Positions 42,495 to 52,600 of a stretch of 64,000 nucleotides of DNA are shown piece after piece. Made by a program: the position numbers and the translations under genes. Source of the DNA: Elusimicrobia bacterium GWF2_62_30. GTDB taxonomy: Bacteria > Elusimicrobiota > Elusimicrobia > Elusimicrobiales > UBA9959. The number at the start of each line of letters is the position of its first letter. Position 1 is the stretch's first letter. The notes under the pieces are model-generated. The model was not told where the DNA came from. It did no database searches and saw only the letters and a program-made list of their open reading frames with translations. Location: contig MGUK01000084.1 of assembly GCA_001799995.1 (NCBI GenBank), forward strand, positions 92,320 through 156,319, given 5' to 3'.

Positions 42495-43313
42495 ATGGAA
42501 AACATTGAAATAATCCCCGAAAAAAGGCGGATCGATATTGCGAAGCTTAAAAAGACCGGGGCGGTGGTCCTGCCCTCCATCTTTACCATCGCCAATATGG
42601 CCTTCGGTTTCTTCTCCATCCTCTCCGCCTCGGAGGGGGAATATGTGCGGGCCTCGTGGTTCCTGATCGTTTCCTACGTGATGGACATGCTCGACGGACG
42701 CGTGGCGCGCCTGGTGCACGGCGAGAGCTCCTTCGGCGTGGAGATCGACTCCCTTTCCGACTGGATCTCTTTCGGCATAGCGCCCGCCTACCTGATCTAC
42801 AAGTTCGTGCTCAAGGATTACGGCTTCTGGGGCTACCCCGTGGCGTTCCTTTACGTCCTGTGCGGGGCTTTGCGCCTTGCCCGCTACAACGTGAAATCAC
42901 ACTTCGGCGGCAGCGACAAGGATTATTTCCAGGGGCTGCCCATCCCGGCGGCGGCCGGCATCCTGGTCTCCTTTGTGCTCGCCTACAGCATGATAGAGGG
43001 CGAAAGCGGCAGCCGCGGCATCCAGATAGTGATGGACAGGATGCCGTTCGTGTACGGCGTGGTGCCCTTCATCATGATCGCGCTCGCCCTGCTTATGGTG
43101 TCTTCCGCGCCCTACGCGGCTTTCAAGGGCGACATGCTCAAGCCCAACTCCATAAAGGGCATCGTGCTGATAACGGCGGTGCTCTCGATGATAGTGGCGT
43201 ACCCGCAGGACGCGCTGTTCGTCTTCTTCTCGGTTTACGCGCTTTCCGGAGTGCTCGCCGGGTTCTACGGGGCTTTCAAGAAGCTCTTCAGGGGCAAGGA
43301 AGCCGGCTGCTAG
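42495..43313 (+). CDS. pssA: CDP-diacylglycerol--serine O-phosphatidyltransferase
   Basis: D.LDGRVAR...G...DSLSD motif, RLARYN, FQGLPIP. Confidence 0.93.
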   Translation: MENIEIIPEKRRIDIAKLKKTGAVVLPSIFTIANMAFGFFSILSASEGEYVRASWFLIVSYVMDMLDGRVARLVHGESSFGVEIDSLSDWISFGIAPAYLIYKFVLKDYGFWGYPVAFLYVLCGALRLARYNVKSHFGGSDKDYFQGLPIPAAAGILVSFVLAYSMIEGESGSRGIQIVMDRMPFVYGVVPFIMIALALLMVSSAPYAAFKGDMLKPNSIKGIVLITAVLSMIVAYPQDALFVFFSVYALSGVLAGFYGAFKKLFRGKEAGC

Positions 43314-43330
43314 CGCTCCCGTACTCCAGG

Positions 43331-43358
43331 AAAAAGCCCGGGTTCGCCCGGGCTTTTT
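43331..43358. terminator. Bidirectional terminator
   Basis: aaaaagcccggg-ttcg-cccgggcttttt. Confidence 0.88.
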
Positions 43359-44833
43359 TATTTGCGGGGAAAAAGAGGGGGGACTTCCCGGGGCTCCGCC
43401 CCGTCGGTACGGGTTTTGCCGATGCCGAGCTGCAGTTGCATCCGGCTGGCCGTGTCGGGCATGAAAGGGTCGAGCCAGCCGGCGATGAGGCGCAGGCCCC
43501 AGATCATCTCCCGGAGGAAAGCCTTCAGCGCTTCCGGATCTTTTTTCGCCAGCTCCAGCGGTTTCCTGGCGTCCAGCAGGCCGTTCAGCCTCCCCAGCCC
43601 CAGCCAGATCTTTTCGAGGGCGGCTCCGAACCGCAGGCTCTCCATGTTCCTGTGCAGCTCCGGCGTCCACGAAGCTAATTCCCTGAAGACCGCGGAGTCC
43701 TCCGGCCTTTTCGGCAGGCGGTGGTCCAGGTACTGCGCCGCCATGCTCGTTACGCGCGAAAAAAGATCGCCCAGGTCGTTGGCCAGGTCGAAATTATAGC
43801 GGCGGTGAAAAGCCGTCATGGAGAACTCCCCGTCGGACCCGAAGGCCACCTCCCTGAAAAGGAAATAGCGCAGCGCGTCCACGCCGTAGTCCCTGACCAC
43901 GTCCTCGGCTTTGATGTAGTTGCCCCGCGTCCTGGAAATCTTGCGGCCGTTCATGGTCAGCCAGCCGTGGGCGTATACCCTGCGCGGCAGCTCCAGGCCC
44001 AGCGCCAGGAGCAGGGCCGGCCAGAGAACGCCCTGCGAACGGTGCGACTCCTTTCCCGCCAGGTGCACGTCGGCGGGCCAGATGGAATTGAAATCCGGCC
44101 CCGCCCCTTCCGGGGTGAAGCCCGGGCCGGTGGCGTAGCCGAGCAGCTCTTCGAACCGGGAGTGGACGGCGTGGTCCGGGTCTGACTTTACCGGCACGCC
44201 CCACGGCGCTTTCGTGCGCGAAACGGGGACGTCCCTGAGCCCCGCCCTGGCGAGATAGTCCAGTTCGCTCGCGCCGGGCCGGGGGGAAAGGAAGTCAGGG
44301 TGCTGCGCGTAATGCTCCTGCAGCGCCGGCCCATATTTGGAGAGCCTGAAAAAATAGGCGGCCTCCCTGGCCCGCTCCAGGGGCTTGCCGTGGACGGGGC
44401 ACTTCCCGTCCTTCAGCCCGTCCTCGTCGTGAAAATCGCCGCAGGCGGTACAATAGGGGCCGTCCTGGACGCCGCGGTAGATGTCCCCCGCCGCCAGGAG
44501 CTTTTCAAACACCGCCTGTACCGCCGCCTGGTGAGCCGCGTCGGTGGTGCGTAAAAAATTATCGTACCTGACGTTCAGGGTTTTCCAGAGGGCGCGGAAA
44601 TCGGCGGCTGCCGCGTCGCACCAGGCCTTGGGCTGCATGCCGCGTTCCCGGGCGGTCCTTTCGATGCCGGCGCCGTGCTCGCCCGTTCCAGTCTGCAGGA
44701 AGACCGTGATATCTCGGGAGCGCAGGTGGCGGGCCAGCACGTCGGCCGCGAGCGTAGTATAGGCGTGCCCCATGTGGGGCTTGTCTTCGACGGAATAAAG
44801 AGGTGTGGTGATGTAAAACTTCTTCGTGTGCAT
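43358..44833 (-). CDS. metG: Methionyl-tRNA synthetase (MetRS1)-like protein with degenerate Met pocket and KMSKS
   Basis: YITTP, HMGHAYTT, Zn knuckle, ALRYFL, LANDLG, LFPR; DEHG->GEHG, YVW->HSR, KMSKS->KISRT. Confidence 0.82.
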   Translation of the reverse strand: MHTKKFYITTPLYSVEDKPHMGHAYTTLAADVLARHLRSRDITVFLQTGTGEHGAGIERTARERGMQPKAWCDAAAADFRALWKTLNVRYDNFLRTTDAAHQAAVQAVFEKLLAAGDIYRGVQDGPYCTACGDFHDEDGLKDGKCPVHGKPLERAREAAYFFRLSKYGPALQEHYAQHPDFLSPRPGASELDYLARAGLRDVPVSRTKAPWGVPVKSDPDHAVHSRFEELLGYATGPGFTPEGAGPDFNSIWPADVHLAGKESHRSQGVLWPALLLALGLELPRRVYAHGWLTMNGRKISRTRGNYIKAEDVVRDYGVDALRYFLFREVAFGSDGEFSMTAFHRRYNFDLANDLGDLFSRVTSMAAQYLDHRLPKRPEDSAVFRELASWTPELHRNMESLRFGAALEKIWLGLGRLNGLLDARKPLELAKKDPEALKAFLREMIWGLRLIAGWLDPFMPDTASRMQLQLGIGKTRTDGAEPREVPPLFPRK

Positions 44834-44844
44834 TGGGCGAAGGC

Positions 44845-45954
44845 TCAGCGCGCGCCGGCGTCCACCAGGCTTTCCAGCCGGAGGCCGGCCCTTTCGCTTT
44901 CCAGCAGGGCCGTCTGCAGGATCTGCATATAGGAAACGTTGCGGTCCGCCATGCGGCGCAGGTCGAGGGTGCGCCGCAGCACCGCGCCCAGCCTGTCCTT
45001 GGCCGGGGGGGCGGAGGCGCGCCAGGCGGCGCGCAGGCGCCCTAGGATAAGGTCCAGCAGGGTCTTTACCTCTTCGCGGGCCGCGTGGCTGTCCCTGGGC
45101 AGCCCCGCCGTGAACTTGAAGACCTTCGCCGGGTCGGCAGGGTTCAGCTTCGCCAGCCGCGCCAGGAAGCCGCGGGCCTCCGCGGCCTTTTCAAAGGACC
45201 CCCTGGACAGGGCGGCCAGTCGCGCGGCTTCGGAGGGTTCCGCGCCCTGCGCGATCATCAGCTCTGTTATCACCGGGGCCGGCAGCGGGGAGAATTCTAC
45301 CGAGCAGCAGCGGGAAAGTATCGTGGGTAAAAGCGAGTTTTTGCGGGAAACGGTGAGGATGACCACGGTGTTCTTAGGCGGGTCTTCAAGGGTCTTGAGC
45401 AGCGCGTTCTGGGCCTGCGGCACCAGCGCTTCCGCGTCCCGGACGATGAAGATCTTCCACGGGGACATCATCGGTTTCTGCTGCGCCCAGCGCGTCAGTT
45501 CCCGGATCGTGTCTATCTTTAAATTGGCGCTTTCGTTCTCGTCGAGCAGCGCGGCCTGGAAAACGGTGTCGACCACGCGGATATCCGGGTGCGCGCCGCT
45601 CAGGGCCTGGCGGCAGGAAAGGCACACGCCGCAGGAATCCCCGGGTGCCGCCGCGGCGGCGACGGCCTGGTCGGCGGGAGAGGGCGCGGGCGCGGCTTCC
45701 GGGGCCGGCCCCTCCGGCGCCATGGAGAAAAGCCCGCCGTCATCTTCGGGCTGGGGCGCTAAAGAACGCGGTTTCTCTTCGACGAAAGGCACGCGGGAGC
45801 AATTGAGCGCCGAGGCGAACTCCGCCGCGGCCGGGAATTTGCCTATGCCGGGGACGCCGTGGAAGAGCATGGCCGGCGGCACGCGCCCGGTCTCGACGAG
45901 GGAGCGCAGCCGCTCTATCGTCTTGTCCTGGCCTTTGATGGTGGAAAAAGACAT
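44845..45954 (-). CDS. holB: DNA polymerase III subunit delta'
   Basis: CGVCLSC, HPD, AQNALLKTLEDPP, LPTILSRC; follows tmk. Confidence 0.9.
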   Translation of the reverse strand: MSFSTIKGQDKTIERLRSLVETGRVPPAMLFHGVPGIGKFPAAAEFASALNCSRVPFVEEKPRSLAPQPEDDGGLFSMAPEGPAPEAAPAPSPADQAVAAAAAPGDSCGVCLSCRQALSGAHPDIRVVDTVFQAALLDENESANLKIDTIRELTRWAQQKPMMSPWKIFIVRDAEALVPQAQNALLKTLEDPPKNTVVILTVSRKNSLLPTILSRCCSVEFSPLPAPVITELMIAQGAEPSEAARLAALSRGSFEKAAEARGFLARLAKLNPADPAKVFKFTAGLPRDSHAAREEVKTLLDLILGRLRAAWRASAPPAKDRLGAVLRRTLDLRRMADRNVSYMQILQTALLESERAGLRLESLVDAGAR

Positions 45955-45955
45955 G

Positions 45956-46585
45956 TTATTTCTTAGCCCCGCGCCCGAGAACCGGCTGAACGCGCGCGCG
46001 GATCTCGGCCTGGATGGCCTCTATCGGGCGGCCGGCGTCCACGCGCGTCATGCCGGGCTTGCGCGCCAGCAGCTTGTAGGCGCGGTTGACCCGGCGGCGG
46101 AAAGCGTCCGGCGCGCGCTCAATGCGGTCCCGGCCGTTCCGGAGATGTTCGCGCTGGGCGAAGATCCTGTCGGGGATGTCGAAGACTATGGTCAGGTCCG
46201 GCTTCAGGTTCATGGTCGCTATCTTGTTGAGAGTTTCAACGGTCTTAAGGTCCAGCCCCCGGCCGTAGCCCTGGTAGGCCGTGGTGGAAAGGGTGTAGCG
46301 GTCCGAGATTATGACTTTGCCGGCCTTCAGGGCGGGGATTATCTTTTCAAGGGTGTGCTTTATCCTCGAGGTCTCGTAGAGGAAAAGTTCGGTCATGGGC
46401 TCTATGACGCTTTTGGGGTCCAGCAGGATCTTCCGGATCTGTTCGGACAGGCGCGTGCCGCCCGGCTCGCGGGTGACTACGACTTCGCGGCCCCGCTCTT
46501 CGAGCCAGGTTTTGAGCAGCGCGGCCTGCGTGGATTTGCCGGAGCGATCCGGCCCTTCCAATACTATAAAAAGCCCTTTTTTCAT
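45956..46585 (-). CDS. tmk: Thymidylate kinase
   Basis: EGPDRSGKST, TREPGG, DRY...AYQG.GRG. Confidence 0.95.
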   Translation of the reverse strand: MKKGLFIVLEGPDRSGKSTQAALLKTWLEERGREVVVTREPGGTRLSEQIRKILLDPKSVIEPMTELFLYETSRIKHTLEKIIPALKAGKVIISDRYTLSTTAYQGYGRGLDLKTVETLNKIATMNLKPDLTIVFDIPDRIFAQREHLRNGRDRIERAPDAFRRRVNRAYKLLARKPGMTRVDAGRPIEAIQAEIRARVQPVLGRGAKK

Positions 46586-46699
46586 GAAGTTAGCCTATAT
46601 GATAGCAAAGCCCGGGCCCTCTGGCAAAAAAGGTTCTCCGTAAAGTTAAACCTGTGGAGTCGTGCGGGCTGACGCGGGGAGCGGAATGCAACCGGTGGT

Positions 46700-46835
46700 C
46701 GGGGCCTGTCCCGGGGACCGGAACGCAAAACGCGCTAGGGCACACCGTGCCCGTCGCTCATCCTCCTCCTTCGCCGCTTACGCAAGGCTCAGTCGTCGGA
46801 AGGTTTTGCTAACCCGGTCCCCGGGGCAGGCCCCG
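46700..46835. ncRNA. Putative structured element (long rod-like hairpin), class unknown
   Basis: 22-bp terminal inverted repeat with one G-U, inner gcaaaac/gttttgc helix, two internal hairpins. Confidence 0.45.
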
Positions 46836-46854
46836 GGCTTCTAAGTTATCGTGT

Positions 46855-49359
46855 TTACGAGCACTCGGAATAGCCGCAGTCGTGGCAGGCCGGGCCGGAG
46901 CAGCCCGACTCGTAGCTGACGTTGGAGGAATAGCACTTCGGACAGTACTGCGTCCGGGACACTTCCCACAGCTCCAGCTTTTCCTGCCCGTTCAGCTCCT
47001 GGTCGCTGGCTATCATCCCGCTGCGCTTGAGGTGGCTGCGCAGCGCCACCGCTATGCCGTGGGCCACGGAATTTATGCGGTTCTCGCCGAGGCCGACGGG
47101 CCTGTCGCCCTTCACGGAGTTCAGGTGCTTGATCACCTTTATGGGGTCGCCGCCCTCCTCGAGGTACTTCGACAGCAGGATGCCGATCAGCGACGTCAGG
47201 CCGCTTATCTCGGTGCCGAGCGGCGGCATATTGGTGAACACCTGGTAGGGGCCGTGCTCGTTGTAGTTGATGTGCACGTGCAGCGGGCCGTAGCCGGTCT
47301 TCAGCTGGAAATATTCCGACGACACGCCGAAGGACTGGTAGGCGGTCTTTTTCTTCTTGACCTTGGCCTGCGCCCCGGAGCCGATGTTGAGCACCTGCTG
47401 CGCTTTGCAGCCGTCGCGGTAGACGGTGAGCCCTTTGCAGCCCAGCTTGTGCGCGATCACGTAGGCGTTCTTCACGTCCTCCGCGCTGGCCGAGGAGGAC
47501 ATATTGATGGTCTTGGAGACGGCGTTGTCGATGTGCTTCTGGAAGGCCGCCTGGATCTTGATGTGGTTCTCTATCGACACGTCGTGCGCCGTGGGGAAAA
47601 GGTCCTGGACCTCTTTGGGGATCTCGTGGACGCCGCGCACCGATTTGTGGTTGGCCTCCACTTTCTTCCAGAGCGCCTTCTCGTCCATGCCGAAGAACTC
47701 GTGCTTCTGGGCCAGCCGCTTGAAGAGCGTGTTGACCTCGAAGAACGTGTCTTTCGCTTCCGGCTCTTTGTTGTTCTTCACGGCGTCGAGGGCCTTCGCG
47801 TTGTAGCGCGTGTAAGCTATCGCGAAGAACGGCTCTATCCCGGAGCCCTGCAGGCCGGCCGCTATCGCTATGGTCCCGGTGGGGGCGATGGTGGTGCGGG
47901 AGGCGTTGCGCGGCCTGGCGGCGACGCCGCGGAAATATTTGCTCTCCGCGTCGTAGATCGAGCCCTTCCAGTTGGGGAAGACGCCGCGCTCTTTCGCGAG
48001 TTCCTCGGAGGCTTCCAGCGACTTGTCGTTGATGAACTTCATCACTTCTTCCGCTTTTTTCAGGCCTTCAGGGCTGTCGTAGGCGACGCCCAGTTTGACG
48101 GCCGCTTCGGCCCAGCCCATTATGCCCAGGCCGATCTTGCGGTTGCCCTTGGCGATCTTTTCGATCTCGGGCAGGGGATAGTTGTTTATCTCTATGACGT
48201 TGTCGAGGAACCTTATCGCCTTGGCGACGGTCCCGGCCAGGCGGTCCCATTCCATCTCGCCCCTGGTCAGTTCCCCTGTGACGTAGTTCGCCAGGTTGAT
48301 CGAGCCCAGGTTGCAGGATTCCCACGGCAGCAGCGGCTGCTCCCCGCACGGGTTGGTGGCCTCCACCTGGCCCAGCGCCGGGGTGGGGTTGGAATTGGTC
48401 TCGTTGATGCGGTCCATGAAGACGATGCCGGGGTCGCCGGTGGCCCAGGCGGAATCCACCATGGAGTTGAAGATCTCGCGGGCCTTTACCGTGCCGGCGG
48501 CGTCGCCGGTGCGGGGGTTCTTCAGGTCGTAGGAAGAATTGGTTTCCACGGCCTGCATGAATTTGTCGTCTAGGGCGATGGAAATATTGAAGTTCTCCAG
48601 CACGCCCTGCTGGCCTTTGATGGCGATGAAGTCCTTGATCTCCGGGTGCCAGTAGGGCAGGATCCCCATGTTCGCGCCGCGCCGGGTGCCGCCCTGCTTC
48701 ACCACGTCGGTAAGCTTGTCGAAAAGCTTCATGAAGGAGATGGCGCCGCTCGCCACGCCGTTGGTCTTCTTGACCACGTCGCCCTTGGGGCGCACGCGGC
48801 AGAAGGAGAACCCGGTCCCGCCGCCGGATTTCTGTATCAGGCTCTGCGCCGTCAGCGCCTTGGCGATGCCCTCCATGGAATCCGGCACCGGCAGCACGTA
48901 GCAGGCCGAAAGCTGCTGCAGCTCGCGCCCGGCGTTCATGAGAGTGGGGGAGTTGGGGAGGAAGTCGAAATCCGCCATGAGATTGTAGAATTCGGCCGCG
49001 CGGCGGTCCACAGTTTCCCGGGCGGCGTCCACGCCCCGGTAGGTGCGCTCCAGGTTCTCCACGAACTTCAGGAAATTGGCCTCGCGCTCGGATGATTCCG
49101 CCAGCCCGTCATGGAACAGCATGGCGCGCGTGCGTTCCGCTCCGGCGCCGGTCTCCAGGGCGCGCGTGCGCACGCCGTCGAAGATGCCCCAGTCGCCCGC
49201 CTTGGGATGGAAGACCAGCTCCGACAGCGCTATGTTGTGGGAGACCCGCTCGAAGAGCTCCTCCACGGAGCGGTCGTCGCGCAGGTACTTGTCCTTTATC
49301 ACTTTGGACTGGTTCTCGCTGAGGGTTATCTTCTTTCTTTCGGCAGAAATGGTTTTCAT
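46855..49359 (-). CDS. nrdJ: Adenosylcobalamin-dependent (class II) ribonucleotide reductase
   Basis: PNSPTLMNAG, LSAC, TNPCGEQ, CNLGS, IAPTGTI, DNAVSKTIN, C-terminal CxxC...CxxC. Confidence 0.95.
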   Translation of the reverse strand: MKTISAERKKITLSENQSKVIKDKYLRDDRSVEELFERVSHNIALSELVFHPKAGDWGIFDGVRTRALETGAGAERTRAMLFHDGLAESSEREANFLKFVENLERTYRGVDAARETVDRRAAEFYNLMADFDFLPNSPTLMNAGRELQQLSACYVLPVPDSMEGIAKALTAQSLIQKSGGGTGFSFCRVRPKGDVVKKTNGVASGAISFMKLFDKLTDVVKQGGTRRGANMGILPYWHPEIKDFIAIKGQQGVLENFNISIALDDKFMQAVETNSSYDLKNPRTGDAAGTVKAREIFNSMVDSAWATGDPGIVFMDRINETNSNPTPALGQVEATNPCGEQPLLPWESCNLGSINLANYVTGELTRGEMEWDRLAGTVAKAIRFLDNVIEINNYPLPEIEKIAKGNRKIGLGIMGWAEAAVKLGVAYDSPEGLKKAEEVMKFINDKSLEASEELAKERGVFPNWKGSIYDAESKYFRGVAARPRNASRTTIAPTGTIAIAAGLQGSGIEPFFAIAYTRYNAKALDAVKNNKEPEAKDTFFEVNTLFKRLAQKHEFFGMDEKALWKKVEANHKSVRGVHEIPKEVQDLFPTAHDVSIENHIKIQAAFQKHIDNAVSKTINMSSSASAEDVKNAYVIAHKLGCKGLTVYRDGCKAQQVLNIGSGAQAKVKKKKTAYQSFGVSSEYFQLKTGYGPLHVHINYNEHGPYQVFTNMPPLGTEISGLTSLIGILLSKYLEEGGDPIKVIKHLNSVKGDRPVGLGENRINSVAHGIAVALRSHLKRSGMIASDQELNGQEKLELWEVSRTQYCPKCYSSNVSYESGCSGPACHDCGYSECS

Positions 49360-49642
49360 GTAAAAGCTCGCTCCGCGTCGGTACGTTCCCCCGGGCTTTT
49401 CTAGGTAAAAACTTGGCGGTTCTTTCGCTAAAAAGTCTGGATTTACTGTAATCTATCAATCCTAGTTCGGGTATGTCAACTCATCCGACGAAAGCCCCGG
49501 GAAAACAATTATTTAACGGAAATGTAACCTTTCCTTGACCGCCCCTCCTATATAATTAAAGAGCCTGGAAAAGACGCCGGGCGCCCGGGGCGGTTGTAAG
49601 GCAGGGGCCTCAAATTGCACAATGTCTTAACGGAGCTGAACT

Positions 49643-52600
49643 ATGAACGAGAAATTTGACGAGTCTTCTCTTAACGAGGCGGCCATAACGGACGTGGAGA
49701 CCGCGCGCCTGGCGCTGCGCTGGGCGCTGGACAAGATCCGCGGGCTCTCCGAACAGGACATGAAGTCCCGGCAGAACCTGCAGGAGAAGACCAGCCAGGT
49801 GGCCTTCCTGGAGAACCAGCTCAAGTCCCGCAGCACCGAGCTCGACCGGGCAATGCGCTCCCACGAAGAAGAAATGAAGTCCCGCCAGGATTCCCTGGAG
49901 AACCAGTTCCGCGGGCGCCTCGAGCGCATCAGCGAACGGGAAAAAGAGCTGGAAGACAAGGTGTCCAAGCACGAAGAGCAGATGAAGCAGAAAGAGATTC
50001 ACCTGCACGACGATTACCAGAAGAAATCCGAGGAGCTGCGCGCGCGCTGGGCGCAGGTGGAGGGGGAGCTCTGGCAGCTGCGCCAGGAGCACCTGGCCAA
50101 GCAGCAGGAGTTCGAGCGCGTCTACGGCGCCAGGCTCGACGATGAGAAGAAGAAACTGCTTGAGGAAGCCGCCATGCAGAAGGGCGCGCTGGAGCAGGCC
50201 TACCGCACCAGGACGGAGGAGCTGGAAAAGAGGGAGCACTCCTCGTCCGAAGAACTGAAAAAACAGGAAGCCCTGCTTAAATGGGCCAAGGACAGCTGGC
50301 AGAAGGACGCCGAAGACCGCGAACGCGGCCTGAAACAGAAAGATCTCGCTATAGACAAGAAGATACTGGAGAAGAACCAGGAGATAGAGGATTTAAAGGT
50401 GCGGATATCGCTCCTTGATAAGCAGCTTAAGGAGCTGCCCGAGGCCGTGAAGCGCCGCGACGAGGACCTGTCCCGCTACAAGGACGCGCTCAAGAGCCTG
50501 GAGGGCGTGATCTCCACGCTCGAGACGGAAAAGAAAGCCCAGCAGTCCGATTACGATGCGCGCCTTTCAAAGATGGAGTCAGCCGTGGAACTGGAGCGGG
50601 CCCGCTACCGCGATATGGAGACGGAGATCCCCCGCCGCCTCAAGATAGCCGTGGAGCACGAACGCAACCGCCTGGCGGAGAAGCTGCAGGAGATAGAGCG
50701 CGATTATAAGGAAGACCTCGGCAAGCGGCAGGAGGAGATAGATTACCTGCAGCGCAACCTCAGGACTTTCGAGGAAACGATCAAGACGATGCAGGGCGAG
50801 CGCGAGAGCTTCTCGCAGAAACTGGAACAGTCTCAGCTGCAGTACAACTCCAAGCTGGAGGAGTTCGCCTTCAGGGAGCGCCAGCTGCAGTCCGAATACG
50901 ATGTGCGCGTCAAGGTAGAGATGGAGAAGCATACCCGCGACCTGCGCGCCGAGATGGAGTCCGCCAACCGCCTTTACGAGGACAGCCTGCGCCTCAAGCT
51001 GGAGGAGATCTCCCACCTGCGCAAGGACCTCGACGAGGTTTCCAAGGACCGCGCCGCCGGCCGGGAAATGGTCGCCGCGCTGCGCAAGGATCTGGAGACC
51101 ATGTCCGAGCGGTACGTTTCGGAGACGGGCTCCCTGCGCCTTAAGCTGAAGACCGACTACGAACAGCGGGCCGCCGCGGAAGCCGCGGAGGCCGCGAAGA
51201 CCCAGGCCGCGGAAAAGCAGAAATTCACCGAGATGCTGGAAGAGAAGACCTTCAGCGCCTCCGCCGCGCTGGCGCGCAAGGAAGAGGCCATCAATCAGCT
51301 CCGCATGGCGCTGCAGAAATCCGGCGAGGAGCTGAAACTGGCCCTCGCGGAAGAAAAAGCCCGGAGCGCCGCGGTGATCGAGGAGAACGCCGCGCGCAGC
51401 GCCGGCACGCTCAGGCTGCGCGAGGACAAGATCTCGGAACTCTCCCGCGCGCTGGAATCCACGAGGATAGAGAAAGAAGAACTGCTGCTGCTGGAGCGCC
51501 AGCGCCTTGAACGGCTTTACGCCGAGAAAGAGAAGGCCATGGACGCCGAAGCCGCCGCGAAGGACGCGGAACTGCTGCGGGCCCGCGAAGCGCTGGCTAA
51601 AGCGGCCGCCGAAAAAGACTCGTTCGCGTCGGCATTCGCTGCCGACAAGCGGCTCCTCGACGAGAAGATCGCCGGGCTTTCCCGGCGCCTCGCGGAAGAG
51701 GAGTCCTCCTCCTCCATCAAAGCCGACGCCGCCGCCCGCCGGGAGGTGGAGCGTTATTCCGAGATCATCGACCGCAAGAACGGAGAACTGGACGCGGCCG
51801 CGAAGATCCGCCAGGCCCAGGAGGACGCTTACCGCAAAACCCTCGAGGACTTCCGGGAAAAGCTCGCTGACGCGCTCGGCCGGTTCGAGGCGCTGAAAAA
51901 GAGCGCGGACGACCGCCAGCTGCAGGTTTCCGCCCTGCAGATGGACCTTGCCCGCGAAAAGAAGACCGCCGAGGATTCCATAGCCCACCTCGCGGCGAGG
52001 CTGTCGGCCAGGGAATCAGATTACAAAGCCCTGCGCGCGGAATACGACGACTTCAAGGGCGCGTTCGAGGACGACGTGAAAGCCGAAGAAAAGAAATACG
52101 ACGAGGCCATGCAGAGGCTGCGCGCCGCGGAGGAGCAGAAGGCCGCGCGCGAGAAGCAGATGGATATGCTGAGGCGCGACGTGGAGCTGCTGCGCTCCGA
52201 ACTCGCGCACCGCGACCACGATAGCGCGGAGCAGAAGGCCGCGGCCGCCAAGGCGCTGGAAGCGGAGCGGCGCGAACTGCGGGCGGCCAACGAGCGCCTG
52301 ACGCAGGACTTCTCGCAGAAGGAAAAGGCGCTGCTGGCCGAGGTGTCCGTGTTCAGGGACGAAGCCGGGGCCAACGAGATCGCGGCGGAAAAATACAAGG
52401 TCCAGGCCGAGGAAGCGGCCAGGAACCTGGAACGCATAAAGTCGGTGCTCGATGAGGAGCGCGCCCGCCGGACCGAAAGCGGGGCCGCGGAGCAGTCCCT
52501 GCGCGAAGAATCCGGCCGCCGTATTAAGGAGCTCGCCTCCAGGGAAAAGGCGCTGGGAGCCGAACTGTCGGAGCTAAAGAACGCGCTGGCCTCCAAGGCC

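Noticed and set aside
46650-46845. SRP RNA, riboswitch or 60-aa ORF (46662-46844) in the nrdJ-tmk gap
   Set aside because: No SRP GGAA-loop/AGCAG motif or cobalamin-box consensus recognised; the ORF has no RBS or coding-like composition.
46855-49359. Intein or intron in nrdJ (extra segments near the N-terminus and after GIEP)
   Set aside because: Inserts are short, lack C...HN splice motifs and endonuclease signatures, and the frame is continuous.
49360-49642. NrdR box or B12 riboswitch upstream of nrdJ
   Set aside because: AT-rich promoter DNA but no convincing match to either consensus by eye.
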